Positions 1 to 21,481 of a DNA stretch of 64,000 nt are shown here, one piece after another. The stretch's first letter is position 1. Every line of letters starts with the position of its first letter. The notes under the pieces were generated by a model. It saw only the letters and a list, made by a program, of their open reading frames with translations. It did not search any database and was not told the origin of the DNA. Made by a program: the position numbers and the translations under genes. Source of the DNA: Daphnia carinata (lineage: Eukaryota); assembly GCF_022539665.2 (NCBI RefSeq), contig NC_081331.1:13082001-13146000 (forward strand), given 5' to 3'.

Positions 1-3000
1 ATTACATCATCGATGTACTACACGAGACGAGCCCCATTTTATACTAGACGCGCTTCAAACCACTTTTTTTTTGAACTTTTTTTTTCTTTTTTCTTTCTTT
101 TCTGTCTGACTCGTTTCGAAAATTATAATCGAACGGAATCATCCATCTAAGAAGCCAACAGAGAAAACTGCAGACCACTGTTAGTTCATATATAGAATAG
201 ACCTGCATGGTAAAAATGTTCAAAGAATAAATAGCCTAAAGGCAATGCTCTACTTCTTCGCACACACATTTGTTTTTTTTTTCCCTTCAAAAAAAAAAAA
301 AAAAAAAAAGACGCTGCGCTTTTGTTTTTGCTGTCGAAATTCTGGTTCTTCTTCTTTTTCTTTTCAACTGGACCAAATTTGAAAAAAAATGGGAGGACAT
401 TTGAGAAAAGCTTGCAAATGGGGTGGTAACACGGGAGGATCAGTAGAAAGGCGGGGAGGGGGGAGGAGGTTCGCAAAATCCAGAATTGAGAGTAAAAGTT
501 TTTCTGCTGCTCGTTATGTTATGTACCAAAAAAAAAACAAACGTAACAGGTAAAAAAAAAAAAAAACATAGTACGAAAAAGGTGGTAATGGCTGGTGGGG
601 TGGAGGAGGACTTTGGAGGAGGAACAAAATAGGGCGTCGGCTAACCCGTTCGAATTGTATGTAAGACTCGTAGGTATGATAGCCGTTACAAGTCCCCCTT
701 TCGAAAAGGTGTGTACCTACGCCAGTGTGTCTGTGTGTGTCTGTGTGTGTGTGCGGGAGATTTTGAGAAAATCTTCTGGTAGTGGCTGTGCACAGGTATA
801 CACATCAAGACATTTCCTCTCTCTCTCTCTCCCTCCTTTTTAAACCTCCCAATCTCTTTCTCTCTTCTTTCTTTTTTTTTTCGTCTCTATGAAGAGCGAG
901 GGAGCGATAGGGGGGGGGGGGGGGTGCGAATCAACTCCCGCCGCCTTCCTTTCTTTTCCTCCTTCTGCCTCCCTTTCCCTCCTTTTTTTTTTTTTTTTTT
1001 TTGCAGCCGCCGTGCCACCGGCTCGGCGTGGCTCTGTGTAATGACTATGGCGACCACTCGCCGCTGATCTTCATTCGGGCGCCCGGTCCCGAACTGAACG
1101 CACGTGTCCATCGCTTACACACAGCTCCATTTTTTAAATTCGAGTTTTTTTTTTTGTTTGTTGATCCCGTTACACTTCGATCCTCCTCCTCCTCCTCTCA
1201 GTTGTTTGATTGCTGTTGGCTGGGGTACTGGTCAGTGCGCCAAAGCCAATTGGTTTTCACTTTCAGTGATTCCTCATTGATCGGTGGACGTACTGGTCCG
1301 TCAGTCCGCGCGTTATACAAACAACATTTGAACACAAGTGCGCTGTCTTCGTATCATTTAAAACGTGAACGGTGCACAGCTGACACGATTGTTTCTCCTT
1401 TCTCGAAATTGGGTGCGTGATTGATTTGGATATTCAACGATCGGTTCGTTTAAATCACTGACCCTCTCGTGCAGTGCCAGGGCCTCTTCAATTATCTCCC
1501 ATCGAGCTCCGTGACCCGAACAAACTCGCTTTTATCGAAGATCGTCCGAGCGGCTGTTCCATCCAGTTAACGATTCACTTCCTATACACCTTCGACAAGG
1601 GCAAGGTAAAGTTTAAAAAAAAAATCTTAAATGATAAGGGGGGGGGGGGAAAAAAAGAACTCAACAAATTGATTAAACGATCGTTGTTGTAGCAGACTAT
1701 CAAAGAAACTAAACGAGGAGTATATAATAAGATGTCGTGAACATCGTGACGACCTTTAGTTGGATAGATTGCATACCGTTCATTATAATCGTGGCAGTAG
1801 GATACAATGTCAACATACCTAACAAGCGAAAAATACTGAGAACTCTCTTGTTGCATTTTTTTATCGAGCTCTGCCTTTTCGACATCCATCTGACGAAAAC
1901 AAACATTAGCGCACTAGAAAGTCCAGCTGCCGACCGTTGCCCACTATCATGTCGATTGTAATCCATCATCGGCGGCCAGTCGAGCATATGATAAATAAGA
2001 GACGGGAATTGTGAATAGAGATGTCTTGCGTTTCCGTCGTTTCTAACTACATTACGACAAGGAGGCATTGTTTTATTTGCACCAACCACCGTCATTGCGT
2101 CAATCATTTACGTTTCAAACAAAACAAAAACAAAGCGCGCGGGCCGCATTGACTGTCACGCGTGGAATGTTTTTTGTACATTGCGTGGTTTGCACCTGTC
2201 TCCGTCACGACGTCTTACAAATAAAAAAAAGCAGCACTTTTTTTGCCATCACCAGTGACAATTAACGACCTTGTTCCATATCGTACGACTAGTTGGAACC
2301 CATTCGAAAACCATCTGTGTGTCCAGTTTGCGCCACCCTGGAATGCTCCGTTTGATTCCTCATGTAACTGTAGGGACTTTTCGAGTCCTTTCCTTTTTCT
2401 TTTTTCTTATTCATTTTGTGCCCCTCTCTCATTTTCAGTTCATCGGACTTGTACCAAGTCCCCTATTGGTCCATCGCTGTCTTCAAAATTTGCGTATTGT
2501 CCCGATAAGAACACGATTCCAATTTTGAATAACTGGACTAACTGGATCGGTTGCTATTTATTTATTTTTTTTTTTTTTTTTCTGAGCGAGGGGAAGACAA
2601 GAGAAAGACAAACAATTGAACACAGACAGACACACACACACACAAAAAAAACAGCTATTCCTGGCCTACTTTCTTCATACCTTTCGGATGAGCGAAAGGG
2701 GTTCCTACCCATCGCCATCCACGCCTCTTTTTATTGTGATCATTTCAGAGTTAACGATGCGCGCAGCTAGTTTTTACGCACGTGTGAAAGGAGTTAAGTC
2801 GACGTACAACCCCCTCGAATGGAAGGCAAAAAAAAAAAAAAAAAAAAAAAGAAAGAGAAGCACGAATAGAATATATTCTTCTTTATCACGGCCCGGAACT
2901 TGTTACACATGGGCATTCCCGCATCCCATATACGAAGCGCTTCGTCTTTCATGTTATTGCGTACATATACGTACATTCCCCGTCCTGTCTTTCTCAATGT

Positions 3001-5489
3001 CTATTTTATTTTACATTTTTTTTTTTTCATCGTAAATTTATTTATTTGTTGTTATTCTTCTTCTTTTTATTCCCTTTCCTTTTACTGGTTTTTTTTTTTT
3101 TTTGCACTTGGACTTACGTTGGCGACTCTTTCTTTACGCAAGCTCATTAAGAAACTGGTCGGCCGGAATCGAACGAATTTCGAAAGTCTCTTTTTTTTTC
3201 TGGACGCAACTCTCCTCCTCTATTTATCGATTACTAATAAGACGATGCGAAAGCTGGCAAAGAAGGTCTTTGCGGACATTTTGGTAGCTATCTTTTTTTT
3301 TTTTTTTTTTTTCCTATACCTATATCCCACCTATCGATTATGTTGGCCATAATTGCTCCTCTCTTTCGTCGCCTTAAAACGGTCATTTGCGATAGAACGT
3401 TCGCTTTAATGACTCCATTGGCTGTGAGAGAAAATGAATTGCTGCTTTGAAAAATTTCTTTTGGAGGGAAAAAAAAAAAGAAAAATAAAACAAAACAATT
3501 GGTGGAGGCCTACACACATTGTCCGAAAAAGGTAGTTAGCTCATCCAGTCGGGATGACGAAAGCTTTATCACACACGAAGAAAAAAAAAAAGAAAGAAAG
3601 AAAAAGAGAGCGGACCGTTATAGTTGTAGGGGAATGAGAGAAGAAGAGAGTGCTCATTCCGACGATGGCGCGAATCAGAAAAAAAAGAAAGAAAAAACGC
3701 GAGCGAACGAGTCCAGTGAAAGAGAAAGCTGGGCTGGTCGGTTGGTCGGGCAGGGCCAGCACTCACACACGTATAGACAGCGCGGTGGGGCCAGTTCGTG
3801 ACGCTGATTATCCCTCGACCGCTTTACAATTTTTTTTTTTTGTCGTCTTTTTTTTTTTTTTTTTTTCTTTGGCGATGACATCGATATCGAAAAAGAAAAA
3901 AAAAACAGAGAGCGAAAAGACGGAGATACAAGAAAAACAAGGGAAAAAAAAAACAACATACAAAGAGACGAAAAAAAGAAGAAAATGGGAGGAGTAGCTG
4001 GTCGGGAAAGAGAGAGGAGTGGTGCGCCCGTTCAGGGAAGATCCAGGTGAAAGGGACTGCTCTATATATAATAAAATAAAAAAAAAAAAAAAAAAGATCG
4101 CGTATAAGTCCGTGGGCGCTCTCCTCTCCCAAGGCCCCCGTGAATAGAATTTGGGTGGGGTCAGTGGCGATTTCGTGATGAGCTCTGGGCATGGAGAGGC
4201 GGGAAAAAAAAAAAAGAAAGAAAGAAGACCAGGTTAGATATAAAATAGACAGACGGGTATGTGGTCTATACAGAAGAAGAGGAGGCAAAAACGAAAATAA
4301 GGCGATGTTTTAAAAAAAATAAAAATAAAAATAAAAATAGAAAAACATGCGATGCATTTGAGACGCGCGCAACACTCCACCGATAAGAGAAGACAACAGC
4401 GTAGTTCAAGACGACGACAAGAAAGAAAAGTCCAGCCATGACCGGAATGGCCTTCTGTGTGATGGAAAACTTCTTTCGTTTTTTTGGCAGTGCTGACTGT
4501 TCAATAGCCAGATGTTTATCGACGGTGTCTATAAGATTGGATCGTTCTTCCCCCCACGGAATCATCTTCATGCTGGTCGCATGATGGTGGTCCATTTTTT
4601 TCTTTTTCTGCGTGAAGACGTGAAAAAAAAAAAAGGAGGAGGAGGGTTCTCTTTTTTTATTTTTCATTCGATCATGGACGCATACCTGTATATACACCTC
4701 ATTTTTCTAGAAGTCCTTGGTATTTTTCTTTTTTTTTTTGCGTACCCCACCATCTCGTCATCACAAGCATTGAAAGTGTAACAGGATAAAAAAAAAATTC
4801 TTGTATTGGGTAGAAGAAATAAGGCGAGGAGGTAAGCGGGCAGGCCAGCTTTTAAAATAAAAAAAAAAAAAAAGGAGAAGAAGAAGAAGAAGAAGAAGGG
4901 CGTAGTCACTTTGCACACTCTTACCATGGTCATCTTCTTCGCCTTATTCTTCTTCTCCTTCTTATTTTGGAGATCTTTGATGGGGGAATGCGTGCATCTT
5001 GCGCCGCGATCTCCGAGAGCGCGGCCGCCACGGCTTTCTTCTATAGACGCGCGCGCCACAGTTCACGATAACGACGTCATTGAAATATGTTCCTTTTTTT
5101 TTTTTTTTTACATGTCCCCTTCTCTCTCTCTCTCTCTCCATTTCTTTAGGTGTTTGTTTGTTTGTGTATCATTTTGTTTTTTTTTACAAACACACGATTA
5201 CGACGTGTGTTTGTGTTATATTAACGTACTCGATTTTACGCAACGACGCGTTGGATAATGAAGGAATTTTTTTTTTTATTTCGCAACGTCCTTGGTTGAT
5301 GGTTTGACAAAATGTGTTTGCCATTGGTCATAAGAGCAGACGGATCGGGCCCGTCATCAACTGGCCAATCAATCTCAACGGGGTTTGACTTTCGCTGACG
5401 ATCGCGTCATCGAACCGGTCCCCTTCTCGTTCGAGCACCTTCTCCCTTTGTTGTCTTTTTGGATGGACTCCTTTCTTTTTCCATTTTAT

Positions 5490-5494
<5 letters not shown>

Positions 5495-5521
<27 letters not shown>
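5495..5521. repeat. (TG)n microsatellite
   Basis: Direct reading. Similar tracts occur at ~16715-16734 and ~57231-57254. Confidence 0.85.
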
Positions 5522-5736
5522 CTGCGCGTCTGTCTCATTTGCCCTGTCGTCGTTGGCTTTTTCATTTTGGGTTGAAATTGACATTTGAAATGATCTAATT
5601 TTTGTCCAGGGTCGAACGCTATAACGCCGTGCAATCAAAAATGACGCACCGAAGAAAAAAAAAATGGTTGCATGTTGTTATTTTTGGGTGGGAGAAGCGA
5701 GAAAAGAGAGTGGGGAGGGAGGTCAAAAGAAGGAAG

Positions 5737-5773
<37 letters not shown>

Positions 5774-5909
5774 TCAGAGAAAAGAGCTGCTATCGGGAAG
5801 GAGGAAAATGCCCGATTGGCCAGTACCTGGGCAACCCGTACGAAACTTAAACAAAAAAAAAAAAAAATAGAAAACGAAAAAGTAGAGAAGAAGAGCGAAA
5901 GAAGGACAC

Positions 5910-5940
<31 letters not shown>

Positions 5941-8197
5941 TCGAAAATGGGAAAAAAAAAAAGGAACAAAGAGAAAAGAGAGCCCATCCCAGCCTTGAGG
6001 GAAGGTGTGGTTATATCCCGTTTCTGAACGTTAGACAGAAAAAAAAAAAAAAAAAAAAAAAACCTTGGAAGACCATTCGCTCTTATTATACACGTATGCT
6101 GTTATTTATACGATTGACCGTATACATCCACGTTTATTTATGTGTACGTACCACGTCATTTTTCTTTCGGCTGGAGAGAAGGCCGGACGGAGCGAACAAG
6201 GAAGACTAAGGTCTATGTATGGGCCCAATGCTCTTTATGTCTATAGGTTAACACGTAAACAACAAAACGTATAGTCTCAATATCTTTTTATTTTATATTG
6301 CCACATGATGATAGCTAAAGCATCAATGGCCATCGTGAGGACCATTTGCATAGGGGCCTTTCGGCGGAAAGCAGCGAAACGGCAATTAAAATAAAAAAAA
6401 AAAAAGGGCGAGCTTATGGGCATCTTATAAAGCGAAGGGCCATCATTACGCGGACGATGCTGTGTGGATGCGCCAGCACATCTGGATCACAAGAAAAAAA
6501 AAAAAATAAAGGAGCCCCTCTCAAATATAAAAAAAAAAAAAAAAGGCCAACAGACGAACACAATTGATGACTTTCAGAGAGAAAGAGAGAAGAGCCAGTT
6601 CTTTTGTTTTGGCTCAGTGAGTGATGGCGTGTTCTTATTTTTTATTCACACATTGATCCATTCACGTACATGTCTAGTAAAAAAAGACACAGAGAGAGCC
6701 AATGATCTAATCGGATTGAATTTGACGCCAAAGGGGAGAAAGTCGCTACACCCCTGTCTTATTTTGCTTATTTACTTACCTGACTTGTTTCAAACGAGAA
6801 ATAAGAGAGTTTTGCGCTTGCCCAACTTCTTTTTTTTTCGAAAATGAATTCAGTCGTGAGTTGGACGGAGACGACAAACCGTTGGATCCCTTTCGCGTGC
6901 CCTGGACGCGCTTTTTCTTTACCAGTTTTCACCTTCTTCCCACATTTTTCGTGCCCCTTTTTTTTCTTTTTTTGGTTATTCTTGTTCGCCATCTTTCACT
7001 CTCCATCCAGTAAGGCCGATGATCTAGTTGAACCGGAATCTGAAATGTTGGCCCTTTCTATTATGAAAACGATTCGTGCTGTCCAAATCGGTTTGTGCCA
7101 GAGAGAGAGAGAGAGAGATAGAAAAAAGAATTCGTTCACGCTTCTTTTTTTTTTTTTTTTTTTTTCATTTTTTTTTTTTAGTATTCTCTTAAAAAGGTTA
7201 TCGAGATGTAAACCTCAATTATCCGCTCGAAAAAATTTTCTTGTTTTTTTTTTTTTTTCTTTTGTTCATCTTCAGACTTCAATTGTATTTTTTGCCGCGT
7301 TCATTTTTCACGTCTCTTGCGGTTTCGTTCCAGTATGCGCTGTCCCTTTTTGGCCGTCGTGATGATTTCGGATGGAGGCGCATCATCATCGCCCCGACCA
7401 TCAACTCAATTAGTCCACGTTTATTATTTAGAGTAGAAATATTATAAAACAACGTCGCCCCCTTTAAAAAAAAAAAAAAAAAGAATAAGAAAAAGAATTT
7501 CGCTTTCTTCTTCTTTCCAGAGTGTCGGCCATCATTTTGTTTCTTCGCCGTCATTACAAAGACTCTGCCATTACTTTTATTCTAATTACCGGGTGGGTCG
7601 GTTTTCGTTTTTTTTTGGGTCGTATTTGTCGTGCTCGCACGCCACCTGGACTTCGAAACTGGACCTCTTCTTCTTTTTTTGGTTGATGGCACTGTGTTCG
7701 TCCGTACACGTTTTTTGGTTGTTGTTGTGCGCCCTGCCCTAAGTTCTTAAAAAAAAAAAAAAAAAGAAAATTTCCACAACGTCTAAAAGATGAGGCTTTT
7801 TGGGAAGAAGGGAAACCCCGTTCTTTTTGTGATGCAATGGGCCACACGTTTTTCGGTAGTACTAGCCGTGGTACTTATACGTATTACTGTTCCATACTCG
7901 GTGGTTTTGCCTTTTGCGTTGCCCTATTTGGTTATAAACGCAGCGTTTCAGGTCCACTTTTTTTTCTTTTTTTTTTTTGTTGTCTTCGAAGAACATTCGT
8001 CGCTTGTATAAAAATGTGGACAATGGGTGAAACTTCTATTCATTTTCAAAGAAAAGGGGAACTCTAAAACAAAAACGAAAAAGAGAATGTGGAGCAACGT
8101 CAGCTCGGTTGAACCCACACAAAACGATCTCCAACATGTCGAGAATAACAAATTGTTCGTCTAGTTTTGAAAGTCAATCTTTGTGATCTATCCTGTT

Positions 8198-8230
<33 letters not shown>

Positions 8231-8941
8231 ACTTATTATTCAATTTTTTGTTGTTGTTTAAACATGAGATACTAGTTGTGTGTAGGACAAATCGATCATT
8301 TTTCAACAGTCTCATTAATGTCGTTATCGACCTTCTGTTGGTTCTTTTAATTGGATACTATTAAAAATTTGACTGGCGGCACACATTACCACATGGCACA
8401 GCTCACATTAACTGACCATGGCATTCTTATCTATCTGAACAAAAAACAAAAAACAAAAAAACATTCTCTATGTTGAGAAGGAAATGGCTCGCCCCATTGT
8501 ATTTTTTTGTTCCCGGAAAAAAAAAAAAAAAAAAAAAAAACAAAAGCAAAAGATTTATTTTCAATCACTAGTTATTTTTTTTTTGTTTGAGTTTTGAAGG
8601 GAATCGGTGGGGCGGGGGCGGAACTGTTACGCATACGTGATGAGGTACCGTTGCGAGCGCGCGCTAGTCCAAACGGCTTTTCCTCATGTTTCCCCAAAGG
8701 AAAAAAAAAAAAAAACAACAAAAAAACGCTCTCTACCTACAGCAATGAGGGGCCCCGGAAACACTGTGGCTAGAAATCTAACAGATTAATACAAAGAATA
8801 CAAGAAAACCCATCTTAACAACAACAACAACAACAAAAAAGAATAGAAAAGGAAAGAAATGCTTTTTAAGTGTCTGGCTGAGGCTTTAAGACAAGAGTCG
8901 ATGGGGTCATACAAGTCGTCATAAGAAGAAGAGACGCGATC

Positions 8942-8974
<33 letters not shown>

Positions 8975-10645
8975 AAAAGAGATTTGGGTATTAAGAATGA
9001 AACGACGACGTGTAGCAATTTGCCCCACAAAATGGGCAATTTCGTGTTGTTGTTTTTTTTTTTCCTTTCGTCTTCTTCTTCCTTTTTTGCCTTCGGCCCA
9101 AAAACGATGATGACGATCCGAGAAATCCCTTTAACCAATTTTCACGGCTGCCACACAACGCCCGCAAGGCTCTGTAGAGGGACCTTCTATTGTGTATATC
9201 CACTCTCATTTTGAGGTCCAACTTTGAGCTCGCAAAACTCGGAAAGGCTTGTGCTATTAATGTGCTGGTTGAAACCGTCGCGTGATTACCTCCGACGTCG
9301 CTCAATAGAAACTTTGTAGTTTCCATTTACGGCTAGAAGAGGTTGATACGATTACCCCGATGAAAATATACCGTAAATGTATATCAGTTTTTATTATTAT
9401 TTGAAAAGAAAAAAAAAAACCGCCGTCATCAGACTAACGAGAAATTGGAGTGAAATTTTTTTTTTTTTTTTTTTGTGACACTTTCTTATCAAAGAATAAC
9501 GAAATTCAAACAACAAAAAACGTGAAAAAAAAAACAAACAAAAAAACAAAATGGGGGGGGGGGGGATCTTTTATAATAGCCAAGCACCCACACCGAGTGG
9601 GAGGCGATACGGTCTCTCGATTTCCGTCACGGGCTTCGAACGGTGTCATTTCTTCGCTGTTTTCACTTCCCATTTTGTGTTTTTTTTTTTTTGTTTCCCC
9701 TTCATCGCCGAATACAAGGTAAAGAAAGAAAAAAAAAAAAAAAAAAAAGAGGACAGCTATATATATACATATAGACAGATAGAATGTGTATACACGAACT
9801 AGCGCAAGACTTTGTCCGCCAAAAAGAAAGAAAAAAAAAAAAAAAACGAGAGTTTGGGTAGCCCAGTGTCGAGTAGGTACTGAAAGCGAAGCTGTTATGT
9901 CATCCGCCGTTGCTTCTCTTCTCTTTTCTATAAGAAGCAGCATTTGAGGGAATAGAAGTAAAGCAAAAAAAAACAAACAAAAAAAAAAAAAAAAAACAGG
10001 GAAAGTGGGTTGAAACGCTAGCACAATCGTCCGGAACCGAACTCAAAATAATGGGCTGTGCCAATTTGAAGTTTAAAAAAAAAAAAAACCACCCCAGCAA
10101 ACCCCACCCTATTGCTAACTAATGCTCGCCTTTCTTCTTGTTGTTTCCCTTATTTTTATACTTTTCCTTTTTGTTTTGTTTTTTTGTTTTTTACTACCAC
10201 ATTACCTCGCCAGTGCACTTTAAAACGCCATTATCCATTATCTAAGCCCCATGGCTCGCTTGTTTGCTCTGATGCCTTACGTTTATCCTAAGACGTGCTC
10301 CGTCTGCCTCTGCTGGATTGCGGTGTACTCTCTAATCGTCCGCAACACAACCGAATCGATGCCGTTTAAAAGCAAATCGACCTCGATAAAGCGATTCGTC
10401 CGAATAGAATCGAAATCGCATTGATAAAGCCATCTGAAAAGAAAATGAATGAATCGAAATTGCTTTGAAGGCATCGTCCTTGTAATTATCGTTGGCTTTT
10501 TTTTAAAGCTGTTCTAGAATTGTAATCGTTTATGTTCATTCTCTTCTGGTCTCAATAGATTGCCTTGAGGATGATCTGCTTAAGCCAATCGGATTGAATT
10601 ACTTTCGATTCAATCGCACATTGCGTTTCACACGTCCATTTCTGA

Positions 10646-16054
<5,409 letters not shown>

Positions 16055-17633
16055 ATATGCCGATTAAGGTGTTGACGATGACTGTTTTCTCATTTATATA
16101 GAAGTCACCAGATACAGATAGATAGTCTTGAATAGGGTGATTACGCAAATCATCCGCCTCTTTCGTTTATCTTTTTACACCATTTCCCTCTTCTTCTTTT
16201 TTTTTTCTTTTTTTCTTTTCATTTTGTTGGCGTGGTTTTCTTTTTCAATTCTTTTCTTCTAGTGAGTTAGTTAACAATTTATCGTCCAGTTTTCGCGTCC
16301 CATCACGGACGTACACGCCCAGGAAGATTTATTTGACACGTTCATGATGATCACCCATAAAACATACGTGAAACACGATTTGTTCCTATTTGGTTAGCAA
16401 AGCACAGGTGCACCATTTGATTTTGAGCACTATTCGTCCTAGTTGGACACTTCATTCGGCGACACGTGCACGGATCATCGCCCAAATTACGCAACGGCCG
16501 CAGCCAATGTACTGAACGAAATCTGATTGAAATTTTTTAGTTCAAAAGAAAAAAAAAAGAAAATCCTCCATCTCATTGTGTTCACCTGATGACCTCTACT
16601 CTCATCTCTGGTTTGAAGAAATGTCGTTCATTTAAATGGCGGCTTTGAAAAAAAAAAAAACGACACCCTAAAAATTTACGATGAAACGTAAAAAAAAATA
16701 ATAGGCTTGTATGCGTGTGTGTGTGTGTGTGTGTTTTGATTATACGAATAATCTAAAATAGTTGTACCGAATGTTGGCTATCAAACAGCACTTTCCCTGC
16801 ACCATCCGGTAAAAATAATTTTGCAAAATGAGGTACAAAATAGTGTTGAATTATTCAGAGTGTATTTTTAATAGAAATATACAGCAGCTGGGAAATGGTT
16901 TACTGCTATTCATTTTATTTTGTAAAACATGGTTTCGTGAATAAATACAAAAATAAACAAAAAATAATAGATATCTCCGGCACAGTCACACTTGATACTT
17001 CTGAACGTGACCAAGATTCATCCTCAGGAATTCACGCTGATCACGTTGGGAATTAAAAGGGCAAAAACACTACGCTAATGGCGAGAACAAATACGAGCTT
17101 TAAACCTTTGCGAGTACGAATCAGACGATATATAACAAAAAAAAACCGTGGGCAGTGATAATCGTGATAAGCGATGCAATTTGATAAAATTTATTTGTTC
17201 CCGGATGGATCACACTGTTTGCTTTTTTTTCCCATGTTTTTTTTTTGTGTGTGGCTTGCGCTTGCGGTTGAAGCGGTGGCGTTGTGAAATATTTTCCGCC
17301 AAGCGGCAACGCTGGGCAAGAGACGTTCACGCCTTTATAATATTCCAAGTGTCACTTCCACAACCGCTTTTTTTGGATATTAAATACTATTCAGCAAATT
17401 GTGCTGATTCTACATCTTAATATCTTGATTGTAAGTGAAGAAAGTGATTGTTTCTTCTGTCCCTTCACCGGTTTCAACGGACTTTTACTCTCTTCTTATG
17501 TGTGTGTTTTCGCTCAGCGTCTGATCTATCAAAATGGCTGTCGAATATAGTTTCGCTTCGACCGCTTATCTCCTGTGACTACAAAATTCGTGTTAACCAT
17601 TTTTTTTATTTTCCTATTTTCATTTTACTTTAG

Positions 17634-18507
<874 letters not shown>

Positions 18508-19416
18508 GCAGGAAACCAACAGCAAAACAGGCAAAACAAAATTTCCTTTAAGTAAATAAGGAGAGCTAAAAACTCTTAAATGACACCATGCTACTAACCA
18601 ATGGAATTATTCAACGAGAAGATGGAAAAAGCAAAATACTGATGATACGTTCTTTTTGCCAGTTCTTGCATTAACCAGTTTCGACGTGTCATTATCGTTT
18701 CGATTATTTCGTGTGTGCGTGCGCGTGTTTCGCAGGCCATTTGCCGCGCTCTTCCAATCTTCTTTTCTTTCATCCTCTACCTTCTCGATTTAGGAAATAA
18801 CACATATACCTGTTCTATTGCTCTCCTTTCTTTACCCTCTCCCTTTCTTTCTTTGTCCATAAAAAGAAGTAAGCATAACAAAAAAACTTTGGCCTCATCA
18901 TTGTAATCCTCATCGCAAAACTTGTCTGTAGGGCATAGGAGAGAATATACAATCAAGTTTTCTCTTATACTTTGCAATTATTAATACCAATGTTTCAAGT
19001 TTTGCAGGGATCTTTTGCCGAGTAGTTGCATGGCGACCCAAGTCAGTAATATTCTTTTCTTTTCCAGTCGACTTCAACTGCGTGGATAAGTTACATTAGT
19101 AAGATGAAATTTTATTTTTCTCCAGCCAGTTACAGTTTCCCTGTAAACCATATCAGTCTGTGGCCAAATCATTCGAAGGAGAAGGTGAGCCTTACTGTTA
19201 TATATTTTACTACATCGCACAGCATATGTGTAATATTAATACAATTTATATCAATAGATGACCCGAGATTGCAATGTATAAAGCGAGGACCCTAGGAGGG
19301 GATAAATGTTACGTTTGGCTTTACAGAAGCGATGAAACCATGGCGGAATATCGAAAGTAAAAATATGATTTTTCCAATTCCGCGCGTCCATAGGGAAACT
19401 TAAAAAAATTTTATTT

Positions 19417-20539
19417 TTAAATGAAGCAATCAAACATATTTGCATTGCCCTTTTCAGACAAAACGCGAGAAAAATTCATGGAGTCCAGTGTTCCTAGCCA
19501 GCCATCATAATTGCTAGGTAGGCAAGAAGGGTTAACGTGACGATGTAATGTTGTGAAACACGAACCATGGAAAACCAACTGCAAAGGAACAAGACATTGA
19601 ACACGGTAATATACGAAAATTCGGATTATAATTTTTATCATTATAAGAATGAGAAACTAACCCGATTGCGAATCTTGTTAGTTAAAAAGGGCCAAATCAT
19701 TGCCACCAGGAATTTTACGACTCGCGGTTCGTTCAAAACATGAATACCTTTGAGACGAATAGGAAACACGTCCTGAAAAGGGAAAAATATTGTTATGGTA
19801 TGCTGCCATATCTGTGGTTATTTATGGAGCAGTACCTGCACGAGATCTGCTACTTTCTTCAAGAAAGATGGTGTGAAGTGTGTAAAATGGTGAAATGTAA
19901 AGCCGTTGAAATCGATGATGATTACTACTCCGTTAGACTGAGTTTCTGGCTCACACACTATTCTTTGAAAGCAAAATACAGCTGTACGAAAGATGTCGTC
20001 CAAACTGCAAACGCTGATATCCCAGTTAACTGGAAAAAGAGCTCGTCGAAATCAATTGTTTGGTTTGAAAAAAATATCTTCTGAATTACGTGCGTTAATT
20101 ATCAACAGGCGATGTCCATGCTGGTCCCGAAGCGGAGACAACATAAAATGATTGCCAACTAAAACGTGTTTAACACGCTCAAGGCGCAAATCAGTAAGCA
20201 GTTCCGGATAATTTTTCATTGTTTTCAAGTAATTGTTGAGCTGAAAAGAATTTTGTGACTAGGTTTAGAATTCATGCAACTGCACACCAGCTGTAGTATT
20301 TACCAGCTTCGTTGCCCGGTGTAAGTCGCATTTACGTGCTTGTAGGAAGCATATGAGCAATTCGTCGCTCAACTGGAAGCTGATGTTGGATTCTAGTAAA
20401 AGTCGGAGAATCAAGTTGCTGAAACGAAGAAAGGTAAACTAGAAATCTTTTGAATTTACTTCTTACCTTTGATGAGCGAGCGGAATTTTGTTACTAGCTC
20501 ATTGCTGTTGTGCATTTTGAATTCCGTGTTGTTGTTCAT
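19417..20539 (-). CDS. CRAL-TRIO (Sec14/alpha-tocopherol transfer protein/clavesin-like) lipid-binding protein A, 6 exons, ~259 aa
   Basis: Exons 20539-20467, 20392-20304, 20240-20090, 20029-19836, 19772-19662 and 19578-19417 are phase-consistent. Family motifs: SDELLICFLQARKCD (CRAL-TRIO N), RDQHGHRLLI, ETQSNGVVIIIDFNGF, QDVFPIRLKGIHVLNEP, IWPFLTNKIRNRLVFHG, CLPSNYDG. Confidence 0.92.
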
Positions 20540-21481
20540 TTTTGATTGTGTTCGCTGCCGCTGTCCGTGTCGAAGGCCTATTTTCACGAGAATGCAGCCG
20601 CAACAAGTAATTGCGATGTTGAACGGCCGCTTAGAGGCGATCGCTTCACTGTCGTGGCGATAACTACAGGGCGCTTTTATAACGGCCGCATAGCTAAAAA
20701 CAAAATACGTTATTGTGCCATTTTTTCTAGGATTGGACAGGATAGAGGAAAATCTAGGTCAATGCAACAAGGACTTCGCGCAATCTGAAAATAAGATAAT
20801 TGGCGGCTCACATTAATACGAAGAAGATTAAGGGAAAAATCCAAACGTTATGTAGGAAACAAATTTCTTGTTGCGTTGAAAACATATATTTATCATAAAT
20901 TCTAATCTAACTTTCGTTTTTCTTTACAGTTCTATTTGAAAACCCTGTCTAAAACATCGTGGCTTTAAATGTAAACTTAAGAAAAATATTCAGCCTCCAC
21001 TTACAATGTTTAGGAGAACAAGATAACCAGAGTGACTGCAGAGCTGGATCTACCAATGCGACTTTTGTCGATTGAGATGTGGTTGGGAGTGAAGTGATCG
21101 TTTTCAGTAAGAGCACGACAGAGTGATACTGATCTGAGGACTTTAGCAACAAAATGACCCCAATAAGTGCAATCAACCAACAGCTATATCTTACGAGAGG
21201 GTTAATATAGACCCAGTACTGTTGAGCAAGCGTTTATTCGACCTTTATATACAGTACATGCTGGTAATAGAAGGAAGTAGACGAAATGTTATTTTTTTTT
21301 TTTTTCAAAAAAAAAAAAAGATAACATTAGCTCTGTAAGAAATAGGGCTGCCCTAGTTTAATGAAGTTCACGCCCCGCTCGTTTTATTCATGTGCACCAG
21401 TGAAGTTTACAGTTGACGTGCTAGCCCAAAAAGGAAAACAAAAAACATGCAAATTGGTACGTATGTGATTCAATGACAAGT

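Noticed and set aside
981..1420. Poly-T+GCAG acceptor followed by a 139-aa ORF as an upstream zinc-finger gene exon
   Set aside because: No PR/SET or C2H2 similarity, and the ORF runs into poly-T-derived residues; more likely promoter/UTR sequence.
186..10100. Dozens of 60-175 aa ORFs rich in poly-K/poly-F (also throughout 33.4-64 kb)
   Set aside because: They are translations of A/T homopolymer tracts with no domain signal or splice-phase support.
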